Shown one piece after another: positions 58,203-64,000 of a DNA stretch of 64,000 nucleotides; the stretch's first letter is position 1; each line of letters begins with the position of its first letter. Origin of the DNA: Ignavibacteriota bacterium. Lineage in GTDB: Bacteria > Bacteroidota > Ignavibacteria > Palsa-1295. Location: contig CAWBEI010000002.1 of assembly GCA_963787835.1 (NCBI GenBank), positions 672,001 to 736,000 on the forward strand, in the 5' to 3' direction. The translations under genes were made by a program, and so were the position numbers. The notes under the pieces are model-generated. The model saw only the letters and a program-made list of their open reading frames with translations. It made no database searches and was not told the origin of the DNA.

Positions 58203-59915
58203 ATGACGCCCATCAAATTCTGCCTCCTCTGGCACCAGCACCAGCCGTATTATCGAACAGACCATCGCTTCCTCATGCCGTGGGCGTGGCTGCATGCCAC
58301 GAAAGATTATCTCGAAATGGCCGAGCATTTCGAGCGGCACCCGAACATGCGCGGCACGATCAATCTCGTGCCTTCGCTTCTTAAGCAAATTCAGGAATAT
58401 ATTTCCGGCGAGGCCGTCGATCCCGTGGTCGAGCTAATGTCTAAACCCGCCCAGGCACTGACGGCATCTGACAAATCCTTCATGCTCGATACTTTTTTTC
58501 ATGCACAGAAGGAGCGGCTTATCGATCGATCACCGCGATTTCGGGAATTATACGATAAAGCGAACGGACCAAATCCCAAAGCCCATTTCGAGCTTCAGGA
58601 TTACCGCGATCTCGCGGTTCAATATTCCCTTGCCTGGACGGGTGAGATCGCTCGCAACCGGGAACCGTTCAAAAGTCTTGTCGAGAAAGATCGTGGGTAT
58701 TCCGAGGATGATAAACAAACGCTTGCAAAAGCACAATTAGAAAATGTAAAGAGAATTATTCCTCTGCATCGGAAGCTGGCGAAGAAGAAACAGATCGAAC
58801 TCACTACGTCACCTTTTTACCATCCCATTCTTCCTCTGCTTGTAGATACCGAAAGTGCGCGCGATGCTATGCCTGGTGTGGAGCTTCCCCACCACCGCTT
58901 TCAAGCGCCGGAAGAAGCCTACGAACAAATATATTGCGCCCGCACCTTTTTCAAGGATAAATTGGGAATCGATCCACGCGGAATGTGGCCCAGTGAAGGA
59001 AGCCTTTCGTGGGACGCCCTCACGCTCATTCGCAAAAATGGATTCGAATGGACTGCAACGGATGAAGCCGTCCTCGACCACACGATCCATACAGCATCCA
59101 TCACGGCTGGGAACAATACGATCAAACCAAAACATGCTAAATATTTTCCATGGATCGCAAACACTGCCGAAGGTGATATTACCCTTTTCTTCCGGGATCA
59201 CGGGCTTTCAGATGACATCGGGTTCTTGTATTCCTCCTGGAACGCCGACCATGCCGTCGAGCATTTCGTTGGGAACCTGCTGAGTATTCGTTCCGAGTTG
59301 ATCCAGGATCACGGAGAAGACATCTTGCAGGAAGCGTGTATCTCTGTCATCCTCGATGGTGAAAATTGCTGGGAATATTATCGGAATAATGGATTTGAAT
59401 TTCTCGATAAGCTCTACTCGACGCTCGCTTCTACCCCGGAGATCAAACCTGTGACGTTCCGTGAATCTATCGCTGGCACCCAGCAAGACTCACTTCCAAA
59501 ATTATCGAAACTCATCGCAGGTTCCTGGATTCATGGCAATTTCCAAATATGGATCGGACATCCGGAAGATAACGCAGCCTGGGATGCGCTTTCTTTGGCT
59601 AAACAAGCATTGGACGATGCGCGAGCTAAAGCCCGAAAACTTCGCGGCACCGCCCATACCGAAGCGCTTGCCCGCATCGAGGCTGCGCATGAAGAACTAA
59701 AGATCGCCGAGGGAAGCGATTGGTGCTGGTGGTATGGTGATGATAATATAAGCGATCAGAGCGAGATATTCGATCAATTGTACCGAATGCATATCAGCGA
59801 AGTGTATCGGCAACTTGGCCTGAATCCTCCCGAAGACCTTTCGCATCCTATCTCCGGCAGGTTTTCCTCGAACTCACCTTCGGCACGATCTGGCGCTATG
59901 CACCGAGCCACCTAA
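58203..59915 (+). CDS. Glycoside hydrolase family 57
   Basis: WHQHQP, HPILPL, GMWPSEG, ILDGENCWE, AEGSDWCWW. Confidence 0.93.
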   Translation: MTPIKFCLLWHQHQPYYRTDHRFLMPWAWLHATKDYLEMAEHFERHPNMRGTINLVPSLLKQIQEYISGEAVDPVVELMSKPAQALTASDKSFMLDTFFHAQKERLIDRSPRFRELYDKANGPNPKAHFELQDYRDLAVQYSLAWTGEIARNREPFKSLVEKDRGYSEDDKQTLAKAQLENVKRIIPLHRKLAKKKQIELTTSPFYHPILPLLVDTESARDAMPGVELPHHRFQAPEEAYEQIYCARTFFKDKLGIDPRGMWPSEGSLSWDALTLIRKNGFEWTATDEAVLDHTIHTASITAGNNTIKPKHAKYFPWIANTAEGDITLFFRDHGLSDDIGFLYSSWNADHAVEHFVGNLLSIRSELIQDHGEDILQEACISVILDGENCWEYYRNNGFEFLDKLYSTLASTPEIKPVTFRESIAGTQQDSLPKLSKLIAGSWIHGNFQIWIGHPEDNAAWDALSLAKQALDDARAKARKLRGTAHTEALARIEAAHEELKIAEGSDWCWWYGDDNISDQSEIFDQLYRMHISEVYRQLGLNPPEDLSHPISGRFSSNSPSARSGAMHRAT

Positions 59916-59918
59916 GGC

Positions 59919-61790
59919 GTGTTGCAAGAACACTTTGATCCCCATCGGGAGCGAAAGACAGCCGTCTTTCATTCTACTCTTATAATGAGCAGCTTCATGA
60001 GGAACGGTACGGCTATTTTTTTGCTGATTCTTTGCTCGTCGGTCACTCGCGCGTATCCCATTTCAAAAATTCTCTTTCATGGTAATTCACAGATTACGAA
60101 TGGACAGTTGCTCGATGCCCTCGGCGATAACATTCTAAAACGAAACCTCACAAGCAGATCTGAAGCCTTCCTGGTTGTAGAGCAGGCCAAGCAATCTATC
60201 CAAAAAACGTATTCCGAAGCTGGCTTTTTGTATGCGCAGATCGACTCGTTTCAGATCAACCTTGCAGTTCCCAACGATTCCTCGCAAGGATTTCAATTCG
60301 ACTTCTTCATTTTCGAAGGATCGCCATATCACATTAGCTCGATCTCCATTCGTGGTAATACGATCCTTACCGAACATGAGCTTACGAGCAAAATGGCGAG
60401 CGTTCCCGGTCAGATCCTGAATGAAACGACGCTTCAAGATGACATTTCCCGCCTCCTTGCACTGTACGAGCAATATGGTTACCCCCTTGCAAAGATTTCT
60501 ATCGATGCCATTATTCCACGCTATGATACTGCAAAGCACAGTGGACTTCTGACCATTCACCTTCGAGTCACCGAAGGGCCGCGCGCCAAAATTGGGAAGA
60601 TCGTTATCCTTGGGAATGATAATACGAATGCCAACGTCATCACCCGTGAATTAGCGCTGCGTCCCGGCACGTTTTACAATGCCGAGGAGCTCACAGCAGC
60701 TCGTGCCCGCGTCGAGCGGCTCGGTTTTTTCGAATCGGTCTCCGAGCCGGAACTCTATCTCGATCACGATTCCAGCGTGGTCGTGGTGCTTCGGGTAAAG
60801 GAAGCCAGCACCAGCGCGATCGATGGCGTGCTGGGATATAATCCTCCTGCCACTACGACCGAATCCGGCTACCTGAGTGGCCTGGTCGATCTCAGCTTGC
60901 GCGATATTTCCGGAACTGGCCGTAATGCCACGCTCCATTACGATCGCACCACTGCTTCGACGCAAACCCTTCAAGTGAGCTATCTCGAACCCTGGCTCTT
61001 CGGCTATCCACTGAATTTCTCCGGCGATTTTGCCCAGCGGCAGCAGGATAGCACCTACACGCAAACCACTGCTTCCGGGAACCTCTCGCTTGCGCTTACG
61101 CAGGATATTCGCATCATCGGCATGCTCTCGTATGAGCGCGTTATTCCGAGCAACGAAGATAGTACCGCATTCACTACCTACGACAGCAAAACCATCACCA
61201 CCGGACTCAGCGCAAGCATCGATACGCGAGATAATTCCATTGCACCTCGCAGCGGGGTCGTTGGCCTGCTTGGCGCGAGTTATGGAATTAAATCCATCTA
61301 CGGCCCCGCGCAATATATCGATTCTTCTACTCCCTCCTCGATCGGACTCAGCACCGTTTCCCTCGATGCCAGCGGTTATCATACGCTTTTTTCGCAGAAG
61401 GTCGTCGGCGTGATCGGGCTGCATGCGCGAAGCATCACGGCGAACAACGGTCAGCTCGATGCCAGCGATCTTTTTCGAATCGGCGGCATTTTCACCATTC
61501 GCGGATACCGCGATGAGGAACTGATCGCCTCCCGTTATGCCTACGCTAATCTCGAACTCCGATTCATGATGTCCCAGCTTTCGTTTTTCAATTTCTTCGT
61601 CGATGGCGGATATCTGAAAAAAGATTCGACTGCCTCATCGTCTGCGGAATTGCCACAGTATCCTTTGAGTTACGGGATGGGTGCGCAGCTCGAAAGTCCG
61701 CTTGGCATCCTTGCCGTTTCCATCGGGCTTGCTCGCGGCGAACCGATCTCGCAGGCCATCTTTGCATTTGGATTAGTAAAACAGTTTTAA
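59919..61790 (+). CDS. Omp85 (BamA/TamA) family outer-membrane protein
   Basis: POTRA repeats (ISIRGN, ILGN..VITREL), YLEPW, FRIGG..IRGY, terminal F; start may be ATG 59985 or 59998 region. Confidence 0.85.
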   Translation: MLQEHFDPHRERKTAVFHSTLIMSSFMRNGTAIFLLILCSSVTRAYPISKILFHGNSQITNGQLLDALGDNILKRNLTSRSEAFLVVEQAKQSIQKTYSEAGFLYAQIDSFQINLAVPNDSSQGFQFDFFIFEGSPYHISSISIRGNTILTEHELTSKMASVPGQILNETTLQDDISRLLALYEQYGYPLAKISIDAIIPRYDTAKHSGLLTIHLRVTEGPRAKIGKIVILGNDNTNANVITRELALRPGTFYNAEELTAARARVERLGFFESVSEPELYLDHDSSVVVVLRVKEASTSAIDGVLGYNPPATTTESGYLSGLVDLSLRDISGTGRNATLHYDRTTASTQTLQVSYLEPWLFGYPLNFSGDFAQRQQDSTYTQTTASGNLSLALTQDIRIIGMLSYERVIPSNEDSTAFTTYDSKTITTGLSASIDTRDNSIAPRSGVVGLLGASYGIKSIYGPAQYIDSSTPSSIGLSTVSLDASGYHTLFSQKVVGVIGLHARSITANNGQLDASDLFRIGGIFTIRGYRDEELIASRYAYANLELRFMMSQLSFFNFFVDGGYLKKDSTASSSAELPQYPLSYGMGAQLESPLGILAVSIGLARGEPISQAIFAFGLVKQF

Positions 61791-61803
61791 GAATTTTTAT
61801 TAT

Positions 61804-61929
61804 GTCATTGCGAGGAAGAATTGTGGAGCGAAGCGGAACAATTCTGACGAAGCAATCTCACTCTTAAAGCCGGGAGATTGCTTCGTCGAATCGAACTCCC
61901 TCCGGTCGTTCGATTCTTCTCGCAATGAC
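61804..61929. repeat. Composite palindromic element (GTCATTGCGAG family)
   Basis: GTCATTGCGAG...CGAAGCAATCTC...GAGATTGCTTCG...CTCGCAATGAC with two nested hairpins. Confidence 0.88.
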
Positions 61930-61943
61930 GTCGTAACTTATTC

Positions 61944-62690
61944 ATGAGTACCAATATCACATCAGAACCTACCACGATAAAGCCCAGAGAGCGAAAACCA
62001 CTTTCCTGGAAAACCGAACGTGCCCATTGGAAACGTGGAATTTTTTCCATCATGGGCGTCGATGAAGCGGGTCGCGGGCCGCTTGCCGGGCCGGTCGTTG
62101 CTGCCGCCGTGTATTTCGATCACGACAAATGCAAAAATTTCCCGAAATCTCTGCGCGATCTCAACGATTCCAAGCAGCTTCTCGAAGAAGAGCGCGAGCG
62201 TTTCTACACGCTGATCCTTAAACATGCTCGAAGCTGGGGTGTCGGCATCGTTTCTCACGAAGAGATCGACCGCATCAACATTCTCCAGGCCACGATGAAA
62301 GCAATGACCATCGCAGTCGAGCAGGCTGCAGAAAAACTTGCCGCCGATGAAATTGCGCCTGAACTTCTGCTGGTCGATGGAAACTATTTTCGCACCAAGC
62401 TTCCCTACCAATTCCAAACCGTGATCGATGGCGATGCCAAATCGCCGCTCATCGCAGCAGCCTCGGTCATCGCCAAAGTTACCCGCGACCGCATTATGGT
62501 GGAGCTTCACGAGAAATATCCGCAGTACAATTTCCGATCGAACAAAGGCTATAGCGTCCCCGAGCACTTACGCGCACTGAAGGAGCATGGCCCATGTCCC
62601 GAGCATAGACGCAGTTTCCGCCCCGAGCGGTTTCAGGAGAATCTGGAATTTGAAACGATAGTGAGTGATGAAGCCCTTATTAGCTCGTGA
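61944..62690 (+). CDS. rnhB: Ribonuclease HII
   Basis: GVDEAGRGPLAGPV, DSK, VDGN, IAAASVIAKVTRD, HRRSF. Confidence 0.96.
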   Translation: MSTNITSEPTTIKPRERKPLSWKTERAHWKRGIFSIMGVDEAGRGPLAGPVVAAAVYFDHDKCKNFPKSLRDLNDSKQLLEEERERFYTLILKHARSWGVGIVSHEEIDRINILQATMKAMTIAVEQAAEKLAADEIAPELLLVDGNYFRTKLPYQFQTVIDGDAKSPLIAAASVIAKVTRDRIMVELHEKYPQYNFRSNKGYSVPEHLRALKEHGPCPEHRRSFRPERFQENLEFETIVSDEALISS

Positions 62691-62708
62691 ATTGCAACCA
62701 ACATTTCT

Positions 62709-63116
62709 ATGTCCTTTGAATTCAACGACAACGCTGGTGAATTCCGCGCTCCCTCAAAGCTATCGCGTATCGAGCTTGCGAAGCTTGGCGAGGAACATGC
62801 TGCGAAGCTTGTGGCTTCGCTCGGCTACCGGATCGTGAAGCGGAATTTCCGGTTTGGCAAGGTAGGCGAAATAGATATTGTCGCCTACGATGGCGAGTGC
62901 CTTGTTTTTATCGAAGTCAAAGCGCGGCAGGATCACAGCCACGGCACGCCGGAATCATCCATTGATTTCCGCAAACAGGCGCAGTTAAAGAAGGTTGCGC
63001 GGATGTATTATTATGTGAATGCGATTCAAGAAGCCGTCTGCCGGTTCGATGTCGTTGCCGTCGATATTTTTGGGAAGAAAATTGATGTTCGACATCATAA
63101 AAATGCGTTTAGTTAA
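62709..63116 (+). CDS. yraN: YraN family putative nuclease
   Basis: GEIDIVA, LVFIEVKAR, RFDVV. Confidence 0.92.
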   Translation: MSFEFNDNAGEFRAPSKLSRIELAKLGEEHAAKLVASLGYRIVKRNFRFGKVGEIDIVAYDGECLVFIEVKARQDHSHGTPESSIDFRKQAQLKKVARMYYYVNAIQEAVCRFDVVAVDIFGKKIDVRHHKNAFS

Positions 63117-63119
63117 ACT

Positions 63120-63788
63120 ATGACGGATTCGATCGAACTTTCAAATATTGTTATTTGGTATAACGAGCAGACTATCGTGGATGGATTTAATCTGCGCGTC
63201 GAAAAAGGAAGCTTATGCGTTTTGTTAGGTTCCGGTGGTTCTGGAAAAACTACGATCTTCAAACTCCTCACCGGCGAAATAAAACCAGAACGTGGCGAGG
63301 TAACAATTGGCGGCATAGATCTGACCTCACTTACAGGCAGCACGCTTGCAAAGTTCCGGAGATCTGTTGGAGTCATATCCCAGAATGAATCCCTTCTGGA
63401 TAACCGAACCGTTGAAGAGCAGATTATGCTGCCATTAGAAATTGATGGAATGAATACAGCACGGCGTCATGCGCAAGCGGAAGCAGTGATCGAACGATTC
63501 GGATTGCAGAATTCCCGAACCAGGTTGCCATCATTTCTTTCGATGAGCGAGCGTCAGCGGACAGAGATAGCGCAGGCCGTCGTTCGGGAACCGCTGCTGC
63601 TCCTTGCCGATGAGCCGGCAGCCCATTTGGATAGAAATGATGCAAAGGAGATTGCCAGACTTTTATTGCACGAGAATCTTCGCGGCATGACGGTCCTTAT
63701 CGGCACCAGCGACGAGCATTTTGCTTCAAATTTCCCGGAAACGGCGATCTGCACCATGGAAGCTCTAAGTATAAGCGTAGAAAATTGA
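63120..63788 (+). CDS. FtsE-like ABC ATP-binding protein with degenerate motifs
   Basis: GSGGSGKTT, LSMSERQR, LLLADEP. Confidence 0.75.
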   Translation: MTDSIELSNIVIWYNEQTIVDGFNLRVEKGSLCVLLGSGGSGKTTIFKLLTGEIKPERGEVTIGGIDLTSLTGSTLAKFRRSVGVISQNESLLDNRTVEEQIMLPLEIDGMNTARRHAQAEAVIERFGLQNSRTRLPSFLSMSERQRTEIAQAVVREPLLLLADEPAAHLDRNDAKEIARLLLHENLRGMTVLIGTSDEHFASNFPETAICTMEALSISVEN

Positions 63789-63834
63789 ATTTGGTTGAGC
63801 GGAGCCGAGTAGCACGTCACGCTGTTCCATCAAA

Positions 63835-64000
63835 ATGTCATTGGAAACGATCAACAGAAAAAAAGGTACGCTGGATGGCCGCGAACTTCGCGTGGGCATC
63901 GTCGTGAGCAGATGGAATCGGGAAATTACCGAGGATCTCCTGAACGGCGCGTTACGCGCCCTTGTGGTCTGCGAGGTGCCATCCGAGCACATTACCATCC
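63835..64000 (+). CDS. ribH: 6,7-dimethyl-8-ribityllumazine synthase (5' part)
   Basis: Manual translation MSLETINRKKGTLDGRELRVGIVVSRWNREITEDLLNGALRAL...; open at the window edge. Confidence 0.85.
   Translation, partial: MSLETINRKKGTLDGRELRVGIVVSRWNREITEDLLNGALRALVVCEVPSEHITI

Overview
A 64-kb chromosomal window from an FCB-group bacterium. T9SS C-terminal sorting domains, DUF2795 and a fused E1 alpha/beta dehydrogenase suggest a Kapabacteria/Ignavibacteria-like lineage (inference). Housekeeping genes include an acyl-CoA mutase, murB, queEFDC, lptD, tilS, aat, pyrBC, uvrA, oppBC, two Omp85 paralogues, an EF-G paralogue, GH57, rnhB, yraN and ribH. Accessory material includes four T9SS cargo genes, a UbiA plus four GT-C-type glycosyltransferase operon, vapBC and higBA modules, a Fur-box-linked di-heme/Rieske/porin operon, and two signal-peptide-bearing phage-fibre-like proteins. 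The most unusual signals: (1) two homologous ~270-340 nt promoter-headed non-coding elements (6562-6829 +, 26475-26794 -) with a covarying hairpin and permuted blocks; (2) a higBA cassette bracketed by a duplicated glycosyltransferase 3' end, each copy followed by a different heptamer array; (3) REP/heptamer repeats inserted in frame in murB, aat and the mutase; (4) a very high density of D-S/T glycosylation sequons in exported proteins. No rRNA, tRNA, CRISPR, integrase or transposase was recognised. Family assignments come from motif recognition by eye, not database searches.
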